A stretch of 64,000 nt of DNA from an uncultured Planctomycetaceae bacterium (GTDB lineage Bacteria > Planctomycetota > UBA1135 > GCA-002686595), in the NCBI GenBank assembly GCA_964428225.1, contig CAYRXS010000001.1:2774-66773 (forward strand). The letters run 5' to 3'. A program made the position numbers and the translations under genes. Below are positions 1 through 8,655 of this stretch, one piece after another. How positions within the stretch are numbered: the stretch's first letter is position 1; the number at the start of each line of letters is the position of its first letter. The notes beneath the pieces are model-generated. The model was not told the origin of the DNA, searched no databases, and was given only the letters and a program-made list of their open reading frames with translations.

Positions 1-803
1 CGCCGCGAACGGAGCGTGCTCTGGCGCTCGAGCAGTTCTGCAAGGAGCTGCTCGATGTCGCCGCGGGACGAGTCGGAGTGGTCAAGCCCCAGTCGGCGTT
101 CTTCGAGGTCCTGGGCGCGGACGGTGTTCGTGCGTGGGAGAGTGTGGTGGCTCATGCGCGATCGTGTGGCCTTCTGATCATCGGCGACGTGAAGCGCAGC
201 GACATCGCTTCCACCGCCGCGGCCTACGCGCGGGCCTTCCTCGAGGACGACTCCGCCGAAACGGGCGCGGCGAGGTGCGATGCGATCACCGTGAATCCCT
301 ATCTCGGCACGGACTCCATCGAGCCCTTCCTCGATTCGTGCCGGGCGAGCGAAGGGGGCCTCTACGTGCTCGTTCGCACGTCGAATCCCGGAAGCGGCGA
401 GTTCCAGCTCCACGGCACGCCGGGCGTGTGCGAGCGGGTGGCGGCCGCGGTTTCCGCGTGGGGAGAGGGCTTCCTCGGCGAATGCGGGATGTCCTCCGTC
501 GGCGCCGTCGTGGGCGCGACGCATCCCGCGGAGCTCAAGCGTTTTCGCGACGCGATGCCCAGGACGCCCCTCCTCCTTCCCGGCTACGGCGCCCAGGGTG
601 CGACCGCGCACGACGTAGCGGATGCCTTCATCGATCCGGAGCGCCCGTGGCGCGGCGCCATCATCAACTCCTCTCGGGGGATCGCGTTCGCGTGGCGCAA
701 GCCCGAGAACACGGGACGACACTGGAAGGACGCGGCCAGCTCGGCTCTCGACGACATGATCGCCGACGTTCGCGGGGCGCTCGGACGCGCCGGAGCACGA
801 TGA
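1..803 (+). CDS. pyrF: Orotidine 5'-phosphate decarboxylase, long (type 2) form; 5' end cut by window edge
   Basis: Frame is open from nt 3 (..GRVGVVKPQSAFFE..). Motifs VKPQSAFFE, IGDVKRSDIASTAAAYA, DAITVNPYLG and VLVRTSNPGS are typical of type-2 PyrF. Stop at 801-803. Confidence 0.85.
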   Translation, partial: PRTERALALEQFCKELLDVAAGRVGVVKPQSAFFEVLGADGVRAWESVVAHARSCGLLIIGDVKRSDIASTAAAYARAFLEDDSAETGAARCDAITVNPYLGTDSIEPFLDSCRASEGGLYVLVRTSNPGSGEFQLHGTPGVCERVAAAVSAWGEGFLGECGMSSVGAVVGATHPAELKRFRDAMPRTPLLLPGYGAQGATAHDVADAFIDPERPWRGAIINSSRGIAFAWRKPENTGRHWKDAASSALDDMIADVRGALGRAGAR

Positions 804-885
804 CTCGCGGCGCGGCACGATTCGTTCCCGCCATCGCGCCCTCCGGTCGCCGACGATTCCGTCTTTCTCTCGTTCGAGCTCGGCG

Positions 886-2538
886 ATGAGCAGCGTCACT
901 CTGCAGATCGAGCACCTGCCGGCGGATGTCCTGGGTCTGTCCTCGCAGGCGATCGACACGTTGGCGGGCCGTCCTCGACCGACCGTGCTCCCGGAGATGC
1001 TGATCCCGTCCGACGTCTCTGCTCTGCCGTCGCCTCCGGATCATCTCGACGACGAGGATCGTGCGTCCCTCGCTCGTGACCTCGAGAGAGAGCTCGCCCG
1101 CTTCGAGCCGCACGTCTCCGTGATCGAATCGGCACGGAAGCTGGCGCAACCTGGCGCGACCCTGGTCGTGTCGGGTCAGCAGCCCGCGTTCCTGGGCGGG
1201 CCGTTGTACAACGTCTACAAGGCGCTGCACGCCGTCCGGCTGGCGCGCGACCTCTCCGAAGCGTGGAAGGTGCCCGTCATCCCCGCCTTCTGGAACCACG
1301 CCGACGACCACGACATCGCGGAGGTGCACCACCTCTGGATCCAGAATCCGCACCTCGATCTGTTCAAGCTCGGGCTGGCAAGCGCATCGTCGGGTCGCGA
1401 GCCTCTTTCGCGAATCTTGTTCGACGAGGTGCAGCATCGACTGGGCCCCGTGCGCGAGGCGCTGCGGCAGAACCTCTGGGAAGGAGAGGATCGCGAGAAG
1501 GCGCTCGAGGTTTTTCTGCCACGGAACGGCGAGTCGTTTTCGAACGCCTTCACCCGGATCTTGCTCGCGCTCTTCGGACATCACGGTCTCCTCGTGATCG
1601 AGCCGGGCTGGATCCGCGAGGCGCTCTCCCGCTCCCTGGCCCGGGTGGTCGTCAGCGACCTGCGTTCCTCGCTGGAGGAAGGTTCTCGACGCCTGATCTC
1701 GGTCGGTCAGGAGCCGGCGATCGATCCCGCCACCGCGGCGCTCGTCTTCCGGCTCGTCGACGGTTGCCGGCAAGCGCTTCGCCTCGCCGGGGAGGAGTTG
1801 CGCTACGACGACGAGAGCGGCTCGCGCACGGCCGCGGAGCTCGCCGCCGAGATCGTGCAGGCGCCTCTCGAGTGGTCGCCAGGTGCTCTCCTTCGCCCGG
1901 TGGTCCAGGACATGGCCCTGCCCGTGGCCGCCTACGTGGGAGGGTGGGGAGAGCTGAGCTACCACGCGCAGCTGCCGCCGCTGCGCGACCGGGCGGGTGT
2001 TCCCCGGACTCCGTTCGTGCCCCGCCTCTCGGCCACGCTCGTGGATCCCGAGGCGGAGGTCTCGCTCGAGAAGCTTTCCCTCACCGCGCGCGACGCGTTG
2101 CTGGCCCGGGGCCGCCTCGGCGAGGCGAGCGCCGAGCGGGACATGACCGCACCCGTGGTGCGCCGACTGCGCGAGGAAGGGGAGCGGGCAGCCTCGGCGC
2201 TCCTCGGTCTCCGCGAGGAGCTGGCCGACCTGGACCAGGGCCTCGCCGCCCAGCTTCGTCGCCGGAGCAAGCAGGTGCAGGAGATCTTCGACCGCCTCGC
2301 GAGCAAGGCCGCCCGCGTGCACGCGAATCGGGAGGGGCGCGGCCAGCGACACTTCCGACGCCTGAACCACGGCCTGTTCCCGCGCGGGGCGCCCCAGGAG
2401 CGGGTGCGGGGCCTGCTCGAGTTCGCGGCCCGCTTCGGCACCGGCTGGATGGACGATCTGCTCGACGAGATCGAGCCCCTGCCCACGGAGCACGTCGTCG
2501 TTCGCCTGGTCGCCTCGGACACGTCAACCGCCATATGA
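886..2538 (+). CDS. bshC: Bacillithiol biosynthesis cysteine-adding enzyme BshC (UPF0747 family)
   Basis: 550 aa. Hallmark N-terminal motif SGQQPAFLGGPLYNVYKALHAV, then WNHADDHD. Stop overlaps the possible ATG of the next bsh gene. Confidence 0.8.
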   Translation: MSSVTLQIEHLPADVLGLSSQAIDTLAGRPRPTVLPEMLIPSDVSALPSPPDHLDDEDRASLARDLERELARFEPHVSVIESARKLAQPGATLVVSGQQPAFLGGPLYNVYKALHAVRLARDLSEAWKVPVIPAFWNHADDHDIAEVHHLWIQNPHLDLFKLGLASASSGREPLSRILFDEVQHRLGPVREALRQNLWEGEDREKALEVFLPRNGESFSNAFTRILLALFGHHGLLVIEPGWIREALSRSLARVVVSDLRSSLEEGSRRLISVGQEPAIDPATAALVFRLVDGCRQALRLAGEELRYDDESGSRTAAELAAEIVQAPLEWSPGALLRPVVQDMALPVAAYVGGWGELSYHAQLPPLRDRAGVPRTPFVPRLSATLVDPEAEVSLEKLSLTARDALLARGRLGEASAERDMTAPVVRRLREEGERAASALLGLREELADLDQGLAAQLRRRSKQVQEIFDRLASKAARVHANREGRGQRHFRRLNHGLFPRGAPQERVRGLLEFAARFGTGWMDDLLDEIEPLPTEHVVVRLVASDTSTAI

Positions 2539-2567
2539 TGGAACGAAACGACCAAGAACCAGGAAAG

Positions 2568-3278
2568 ATGAAGCTCGACGCCCTGGTCGTCGCCGCGCAC
2601 CCGGACGACGCGGAGATCTCGGTGGGGGGGACGATCCTCCGGCTGCTGGACGCCGGCGCTGCGGTGGGGATCGTGGATGCGACCCGGGGCGAGCTGGGCA
2701 CGAGGGGATCGGTGGGGGAGCGGGGCCGCGAGACGGAGGCGGCCAGCGCCTACCTGGGCTTGCCCCTCCGCGTGAACCTCGACCAGCCGGATGGGCAGGT
2801 CGCCGACACCCAGGAGGTGGCGGAGGCCCTCGCGCTGCTCATCCGCGGTCACCGCCCCGACCTGCTGCTCGCCCACCACTGCGAGGACCTGCACCCCGAC
2901 CATGTGGCCTGTGGGAGGCTGACCCGCCGGGCCTGGTACCTCTCCGGCTTGGCGCGCCTGGCGGAGCGGGATGGCGGCCCGGAGGCCTGGAGGCCCTCGC
3001 GGCTCTTCCACTTCATGGGGCACGTGCCGTTCGACCCGACGCTGGTTGTGCGGATCGACGAGGTGTGGCCGCGCAAGGTGGAGCTGATCCGCTGCTACGC
3101 GTCCCAGATCGAGCCGGCCGACCGGGAAGACGACGGCAGCCACCTCCTGTTCGGCGCCGACATCCTGGCGCGGGCGGAGACGAAGGCGCGGTACTGGGGG
3201 GAGCGCATCGGGTGCGGGTACGGGGAGCCGCTGTTGCACGTGGGGCCGCTGTCCGCCGAGGGCGCGAACCTGTTCTGA
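2568..3278 (+). CDS. bshB1: N-acetyl-glucosaminyl-malate deacetylase BshB1 (LmbE/PIG-L family)
   Basis: MKLDALVVAAHPDDAEISVGGT and HPDH zinc motifs of the LmbE fold. ATG 2568 is preceded by AGGAAAG. Alternative in-frame ATG at 2535 overlaps the bshC stop. Confidence 0.8.
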   Translation: MKLDALVVAAHPDDAEISVGGTILRLLDAGAAVGIVDATRGELGTRGSVGERGRETEAASAYLGLPLRVNLDQPDGQVADTQEVAEALALLIRGHRPDLLLAHHCEDLHPDHVACGRLTRRAWYLSGLARLAERDGGPEAWRPSRLFHFMGHVPFDPTLVVRIDEVWPRKVELIRCYASQIEPADREDDGSHLLFGADILARAETKARYWGERIGCGYGEPLLHVGPLSAEGANLF

Positions 3279-3406
3279 CGGCCGGGCTCGGAGGACACCC
3301 CGCCCACCGGCCGGCTCCCGACCACCCAGGGGAGTCGGCCCCAGGACCGCCGACCGTGTTCGGTGGTTGCGGACAAGCTGGGGAAAAGATGTGGAGAGTC
3401 GGGGGA

Positions 3407-3442
3407 GGGCCGGGGGGAAGGCCCGTTCCGACCGGGTTTTTT
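3407..3442 (+). terminator. Possible weak intrinsic terminator after bshB1
   Basis: GGGCC-7nt-GGCCC hairpin, a second short CCCG/CGGG hairpin, then TTTTTT at 3437-3442. Stems are short. Confidence 0.3.
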
Positions 3443-3562
3443 CGCCGGCGGGGATGTGGAATCGTCCGGCACGGGGGGGAGGAGCCGCTACAATCCGGCT
3501 CGCGCAGCTGCGCCGCGATGGCCGCGGGGCCGAGGGCTGGACCGGGCGGTCGCGTGGGAATC

Positions 3563-4534
3563 ATGCGGAAGATCGCGCTCATCAACCAGAAGGGCGGCGT
3601 GGGAAAGACCACGACCGCGGTCAATCTCGCCGCGGCCCTCGCCGAGGCGGGCAAGCGGGTGCTGCTCGTCGATCTCGACCCCCAGGCGAACCTGACCCTG
3701 CACCTCGGGTTCGACCTCGCCGCGGAGGCGGTCACCACCTACGACGTCCTGCTCGGCAACCGACCCTTCGCCGAGGCCATCCGGCCCACGAGCATGCCCG
3801 GGCTGTACGCGGTCACGACCGACATCCACCTCTCCGGGGCGGAGCTCGAGCTGGCGAACGCCCTCGGACGGGAGACGATCCTGCGCGATGCCGTCGAGAC
3901 CTGGCGCGGCGCGCCGCAGGCCGGGGATGGCGGTGAGACGTTCGACTACCTGATCTTCGACTGCCCCCCGAGCCTCGGGCTGCTCTCGATCAACGCCCTC
4001 GCCGCGGCCGACGAGGTGTTCATCGCGGTGCAGACCGAGTTCTTCGCCCTGCAGGGGATGAGCAAGCTCGTCGAGGTGGTGGATCTCGTGCGTCGCCGCA
4101 TGCACCCCTCGCTACGCATCACGGGGATCGTTCCCTGCCTTTATGACAGTCGGCTGCGCCTGGCGCGCGAGGTGCTCGCCGAGCTCCGCCGCTACTTCCC
4201 CGGCCAGGTCTTCCGCCAGTCCATCGGGCAGAACGTGCGGCTGGCCGAGGCGCCCAGCTTCGGGCAGACGATCCTCCAGTACGCGCCCGAGTCGAACGGG
4301 GCGCGAGACTACCGGGCCCTCGCCCGTGAGATCCTGACCAACGAGGCCTCCGAGGACGAGGAGCTGGAGAACGTGGAGCTCGTGCCGCCCACCCCCGCGG
4401 CCGAGGCGCCGGAGGAGACCTCCCCGTCCCCGCCCGAGCCGGCCGCGGTGTCGTCGCACGAGGAGCCCGCTCCCGAACAGCGCCCCGAGCCTCGCTCGGC
4501 CACGGATCGGATCCCCGGAGATCCGGCTCTCTGA
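3563..4534 (+). CDS. parA: ParA/Soj-type chromosome partitioning ATPase with a Pro/Glu-rich C-terminal tail
   Basis: MRKIALINQKGGVGKTTTAVNLAAALA (deviant Walker A), LLVDLDPQAN, FDCPPSLG. About 70 aa of acidic P/E-rich tail. The longer ORF from 3065 has a non-protein-like N-terminus. Confidence 0.9.
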   Translation: MRKIALINQKGGVGKTTTAVNLAAALAEAGKRVLLVDLDPQANLTLHLGFDLAAEAVTTYDVLLGNRPFAEAIRPTSMPGLYAVTTDIHLSGAELELANALGRETILRDAVETWRGAPQAGDGGETFDYLIFDCPPSLGLLSINALAAADEVFIAVQTEFFALQGMSKLVEVVDLVRRRMHPSLRITGIVPCLYDSRLRLAREVLAELRRYFPGQVFRQSIGQNVRLAEAPSFGQTILQYAPESNGARDYRALAREILTNEASEDEELENVELVPPTPAAEAPEETSPSPPEPAAVSSHEEPAPEQRPEPRSATDRIPGDPAL

Positions 4535-4551
4535 TCCGGCCCTCCTTCCCG

Positions 4552-5829
4552 GTGATGGATGGTCCCCTCCGCATCGGCATCCTCTGCCACCCGACCTATG
4601 GCGGGTCGGGGGTGATCGCCAGCGAGCTCGCGCTCTCCCTGGCCGACCGCGGGCACGCGGTCCATCTCTTCTCCCACGAGGTGCCGCCCCGCCTCGCGCG
4701 CGCGACGGGCCCCGTGCAGATGCACCTCTCCCAGGGGCTGCCATACCCCCTGTTCTCCTCGCCTCCCCACGACCTGGCGATCACCTCCTGCCTGCTCACC
4801 GTGCACCGGGAGGAGGGGCTCGACATCCTGCACGCCCACTACGCCCTGCCCCACACGGTCTCCGCCTTCCTGGCTCGCTCCGCCGCCGAGGAGGATCCGG
4901 GCTGCTGCCCGCCCCGCGTGATCACCACTCTGCATGGCACGGACATCACGATCGTCGGCCGGGATCCCTCCTACGCCCCGCTGACCCAGTTCCTGATCGC
5001 CACGAGCGACGCCTCCACCGCGGTCTCCCACTCCCTGGCCCGCCGGACGCACGAGACCTTCTGCATGGCGACCTGCGCGGAGTGCGACATCGAGGTCATC
5101 CCCAATTTCGTCGACACCGAGGAGTTCCATCCCCGGGCCGGCAACGGACACCGGTCCGACGTGCCCACCGCGGTGCACGTCTCCAACTTTCGCCCCGTGA
5201 AGCGCGTGCCGTGGCTGATCGAGATCTTCGCGGCGGCCACCGAGGGGCGGGAGGCCCGGCTCACCCTCGTGGGGGACGGGCCCGAACAGCGGGCCGCTCG
5301 CGAGCGGGCGCAGGAGCTCGGGATCCAGGACCGGGTCCTCTTCCTCGGCCAGCGGGACGCCCTTCCCGGGCTGCTCGCCCCCGCGGACCTGTTCCTGATG
5401 GCCAGCACGGAGGAGTCTTTCGGCCTCTCCGCCCTCGAGGCCATGGCGTGCGGGATCCCGGTGGTGTCCACGGACGTGGGGGGGGTCTCCGAGGTGGTCA
5501 CGGACGGGAAGACGGGCCTTCTCGCCCCCCGGGACGACGCCCCGGCGATGGCGGAGAGGATCCGCGAGCTCCTGTTCGACCGGGACCGGGCCCGGACGAT
5601 GGGCCGCGCTGCCCGGGCGGACGTGGAGCGGCGCTTCCACCGCGATCTCGTGGTCGCCCAGTACGAAGCCCTCTACCGGCGCGTGCTCGAGCGGGACTGC
5701 GACGAGACACTCCGCCCCGCCGCGGCGTGTCGGGCCGAGGTGGCCGACGACGGATCGACGAGCGCCGGCCGGGCCGTACGCCCCTGCCTCGCGGCGCGAC
5801 GGAGAGGCGGCCCCCACGCCGAGTCGTGA
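4552..5829 (+). CDS. bshA: N-acetyl-alpha-D-glucosaminyl L-malate synthase BshA (GT4 glycosyltransferase)
   Basis: N-terminus RIGILCHPTYGGSGVIASELALSLADRGHAVHLF matches the BshA signature. GT4 E-X7-E region ESFGLSALEAMACGIPVV. About 45 aa of extra C-terminal tail. Confidence 0.8.
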   Translation: MMDGPLRIGILCHPTYGGSGVIASELALSLADRGHAVHLFSHEVPPRLARATGPVQMHLSQGLPYPLFSSPPHDLAITSCLLTVHREEGLDILHAHYALPHTVSAFLARSAAEEDPGCCPPRVITTLHGTDITIVGRDPSYAPLTQFLIATSDASTAVSHSLARRTHETFCMATCAECDIEVIPNFVDTEEFHPRAGNGHRSDVPTAVHVSNFRPVKRVPWLIEIFAAATEGREARLTLVGDGPEQRAARERAQELGIQDRVLFLGQRDALPGLLAPADLFLMASTEESFGLSALEAMACGIPVVSTDVGGVSEVVTDGKTGLLAPRDDAPAMAERIRELLFDRDRARTMGRAARADVERRFHRDLVVAQYEALYRRVLERDCDETLRPAAACRAEVADDGSTSAGRAVRPCLAARRRGGPHAES

Positions 5830-6008
5830 TGCGGGTCCCCGGTTCCCTGCGCGGTGTCGCGGCCCGGGAGGTGGTCCGGTTCCCGGGCACAGGCGAGCGC
5901 GCCTTGCTCGGCCCTTCAGTGAACGGAACTTGTCTCGACGTTACCGGAAGATCGCGCGCTTCGTGCGGCGAGTGAAGGCAACACGTCGCGTGAGGGACGA
6001 CGCGAACG

Positions 6009-6030
6009 CGAGCGCGCGCGCGCGCGCTCG
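6009..6030. repeat. Perfect 22-nt palindrome CGAG(CG)7CTCG (alternating CG tract)
   Basis: Read directly: cgagcgcgcgcgcgcgcgctcg equals its own reverse complement. Lies in the 654-bp non-coding region upstream of dnaA. Confidence 0.9.
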
Positions 6031-6237
6031 TCGGTCGAGAGAGCGTCTCCCGGCTCGGCATCACCGTGCGTGCGCGGCGAGCGTACGACCGGATCGTGCG
6101 CGCCGCGGATCGTGACGTCACCCGACGAGCAGGTCTCGCTCGTGGATATCCTGCGAAAACTCTCGCGACCGTCGCACGCAACGTGAGAACTGACCGACGC
6201 GTTGTGCAAGACTCATAAGAGATTGCTAAATCTCCCG

Positions 6238-6266
6238 TTGACGGTCTCGCCGGGTCGCCGTGTAAT
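6238..6266 (+). promoter_or_regulatory. Candidate sigma70-type promoter for dnaA
   Basis: TTGACG (6238-6243), 17-nt spacer, TGTAAT (6261-6266). Sits in a locally AT-richer patch about 220 nt upstream of the dnaA ATG. Confidence 0.4.
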
Positions 6267-6483
6267 ACCTCCGCGTTGCGGGTGAGCGCGACGAGTGAAC
6301 GTGTCCGCTCGTCTCGAGAGTCGAGCCCGCAGCCAAGGGAAAAAACGCGCATCGGGCACCGGGGGAGCTCGCCTCGCCTCGCTCGACGGCGCAAGGTGTC
6401 CGATCGGTTCACGATCTCGTTTCGCGGTAGCAGTCTGGAGTCCGCCGGCCTTCCGGCACGAACGAGCAGAGGGCGAAGAGCGC

Positions 6484-8061
6484 ATGCAGTCACCGGATTC
6501 TTCGGCCGTGGCCCGCTCCGATGCGGAGGCGCGCGCGACCTCGATCCACGATCCGGTGCAGCTCACCGAGCTCTGGTCCCTCATCCAGGAACGGCTGCGG
6601 TCGAAGCTCCGTCGCGAGCAGTTCGAGACCTGGTTCACCCGCACGGCCCTCGCTCGCGTGGAGGAGGGCTGCGTGCACCTCGCGGTGCAGAACGGGTTCA
6701 CACGGGACTGGCTCCGCAACTACTACCGCGCGGTGCTCGAGGAGGCCGTGGCGAGCGTCCTCGAGTCGCCTCACCGGATCGAGTTCGAGGTCGATCCGGA
6801 GCGGACCGCGGCCCCTCCGTCCCGGACCGAGCCGCCGGGAGGCGGCGCCGGGGGAGCGTTCTCCGTGGTGAGCCGGGGATCCGCGGGTTCGCCCGACGGA
6901 GCGTCCACCTCTCGTGGCCCGGCGGGGCACTCCCGCAACGGGGCCGGGTCGTCCGGCGGACGGATCTCGTCGACCCCCGAGCGGGCCTTTCCCGCGGCGT
7001 TCGGGGACGACGGGCTGCTGCTCTCGAGCGACGTCACGCTGAACTCGCACTACCGCTTCGACAGCTTCGTCGTCGGGCCGTGCAACCGCTTCGCCCACGC
7101 GGCCTGCGTCGGGGTTTCGGAGAACCCGGGGCACATCTACAACCCCCTGTTCCTGCACGGCAGCGTCGGCCTCGGCAAGACCCACCTGCTGCAGAGCCTG
7201 TGCCACAGCATCCTCGAGCGGACGCCCGAAGCCCGGATCCTCTATCTCTCCTGCGAGACGTTCGTCAACCACTTCATCGGCGCGCTCGAGAACGGCGATC
7301 TGCACAAGTTCCGGACGAAGTACCGCAACGTCGACGTGCTCGTCGTGGACGACATCCACATCCTGGCGAACAAGGAGCGGACCCAGGAGGAGTTCTTCCA
7401 CACCTTCAACACGCTCTACAACGCCGGCAAGCAGATCGTGCTGTCGTCGGACAGCCCGCCGGTGGACATCCCCACCTTGCAGAACCGGCTCGTGTCCCGC
7501 TTCAAGTGGGGGCTCGTCACGGAGATCGAGATGCCCTGCTACGAGACGCGGATGGCCATTCTGAAGCGCAAGAGCCGGGAACGCGGTCACGAGCTGCCGG
7601 AGGACGTCGCTGCCCTCCTCGCCGAGAAGATCGACTCGAACATCCGCGAGCTCGAGGGAGCCGTGACGAAGGTGCTCGGCTACGCGAGCCTGAGCGGGCA
7701 CGCCGTCACCTGCAGCCTGGTCCGCCAGTGCCTGCGAGAGCTGTTCCACGCCCGCAAGGGCCAGCCCTCGATCGAGGACATCATGGGCGTGGTGACGGAG
7801 CGGTTCGGCGTGAAGCTCTCCGACCTGCAGTCCCGCCGGCGCACGAACGCCATCGCCTATCCTCGCCAGATCGGGATGTTCCTGGCCCGCCGGATCACGC
7901 GCATGTCCCTGGAGCAGATCGGGGGCTTCTTCGGCGGTCGGGACCACTCGACCGTCCTCTACGGGGTCCAGAAGATCACGCGCCTGGCCAAGGAGGATCC
8001 CAGTTGCCAGCTCCTGCTCAGTGAGCTGACCGCGGAGCTCCGGGGGCCCTCGTCGTCCTGA
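6484..8061 (+). CDS. dnaA: Chromosomal replication initiator DnaA
   Basis: N-terminal LWSLIQERLRSKL..FETWF. Walker A GSVGLGKTHLLQ, VLVVDDIH, C-terminal DNA-binding region AYPRQIGMFLARRITRMSLEQIGGFFGGRDHSTVLYGVQKI. ATG 6484 chosen because the stretch from the upstream GTG at 6295 looks non-coding. Confidence 0.95.
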   Translation: MQSPDSSAVARSDAEARATSIHDPVQLTELWSLIQERLRSKLRREQFETWFTRTALARVEEGCVHLAVQNGFTRDWLRNYYRAVLEEAVASVLESPHRIEFEVDPERTAAPPSRTEPPGGGAGGAFSVVSRGSAGSPDGASTSRGPAGHSRNGAGSSGGRISSTPERAFPAAFGDDGLLLSSDVTLNSHYRFDSFVVGPCNRFAHAACVGVSENPGHIYNPLFLHGSVGLGKTHLLQSLCHSILERTPEARILYLSCETFVNHFIGALENGDLHKFRTKYRNVDVLVVDDIHILANKERTQEEFFHTFNTLYNAGKQIVLSSDSPPVDIPTLQNRLVSRFKWGLVTEIEMPCYETRMAILKRKSRERGHELPEDVAALLAEKIDSNIRELEGAVTKVLGYASLSGHAVTCSLVRQCLRELFHARKGQPSIEDIMGVVTERFGVKLSDLQSRRRTNAIAYPRQIGMFLARRITRMSLEQIGGFFGGRDHSTVLYGVQKITRLAKEDPSCQLLLSELTAELRGPSSS

Positions 8062-8286
8062 CCCGGACGGCCGCGGAGGGGTGCGGATCCGGGGTGGTCG
8101 AACGCCCCTCCCGGGGCATGGAGCGGTGTACATTTTCCGTGCCGTTCGCTACCATTCCCTGGGGCCGCCGAACGCCAGGAATCGCCCCGAATCCGGCGGT
8201 TTTAGGGTGGTTCGGTCTCCCTTGCGGGGCCTGCCGGGAGCCCCGGGGCAGGTCGCTCCGATCCTCCGCAGGCCAGCTCCGCGAGT

Positions 8287-8570
8287 TGTGGAATACCGTG
8301 GAGACACCTGCGGAGTTCCTCTGGAGGAAGGTGGACAAGTCCGAGTCGATGAACACTGCCGCCACACGCGCGAGAACCGCTGGGGAAAGCCGTGCACAGT
8401 TTCCTCCCCGCTGTCGGATTCTCCACGGCGCCCGGGTCGTTACCCCCACACCCGGTTTCCTCCCTAACTCCCGTGAGGATCGTGAGATCCGACGCCGCGG
8501 CTCCCGCGTTCTCCACGAATCCGCCCCGCCCTTATTAAGATGAAGATCATTTCTATCAGAGAGAGAAGAG
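8287..8570. other. Candidate oriC core: five DnaA-box-like 9-mers plus an AT-rich unwinding tract
   Basis: TGTGGAATA 8287-8295, CGTGGAGAC 8297-8305, GGTGGACAA 8330-8338. Opposite orientation: TTCTCCACG 8419-8427 and 8509-8517. Each matches 6-7 of 9 positions of TTATCCACA/TGTGGATAA. AT-rich tract TTATTAAGATGAAGATCATTTCTATCAGAGAGAGAAGAG at 8532-8570, just upstream of dnaN. Confidence 0.5.
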
Positions 8571-8655
8571 CGGAACGCTCCCGGGCTCGGGGAGAGTTCC
8601 TGGCTCCTCTCCTCGAGCTTCCCTCCTCCTCCGTCAGCCCCTTGGACCCCTTCGC

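Noticed and set aside
664-2493. 609-aa minus-strand ORF, plus off-frame plus-strand ORFs 134..889 and 1263..2534
   Set aside because: They overlap pyrF and bshC, which have strong family motifs. The translations are Arg/Pro-rich nonsense. Only the 3' part of 1263..3278 (from 2535 or 2568) is real coding, as bshB1.
6009-6030. Alternating CG tract considered as part of a CRISPR or other repeat array
   Set aside because: It is a single palindromic copy with no spacer-repeat periodicity. No CRISPR-like array and no cas genes occur anywhere in the window.
5916-6209. Looked for rpmH (L34) or another small gene, or a known ncRNA (RNase P, tmRNA, SRP, 6S), in the region upstream of dnaA
   Set aside because: Neither small ORF (97 aa on the minus strand, 61 aa on the plus strand) resembles the very basic L34 sequence. 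I could not find the conserved cores of these RNAs by eye. Only a covariance-model scan could settle the ncRNA question.
8094-8543. 149-aa ORF (and overlapping small ORFs) inside the dnaA-dnaN spacer
   Set aside because: No SD sequence, and the peptide is not protein-like. The region is better explained as oriC (DnaA-box-like repeats plus an AT-rich tract).
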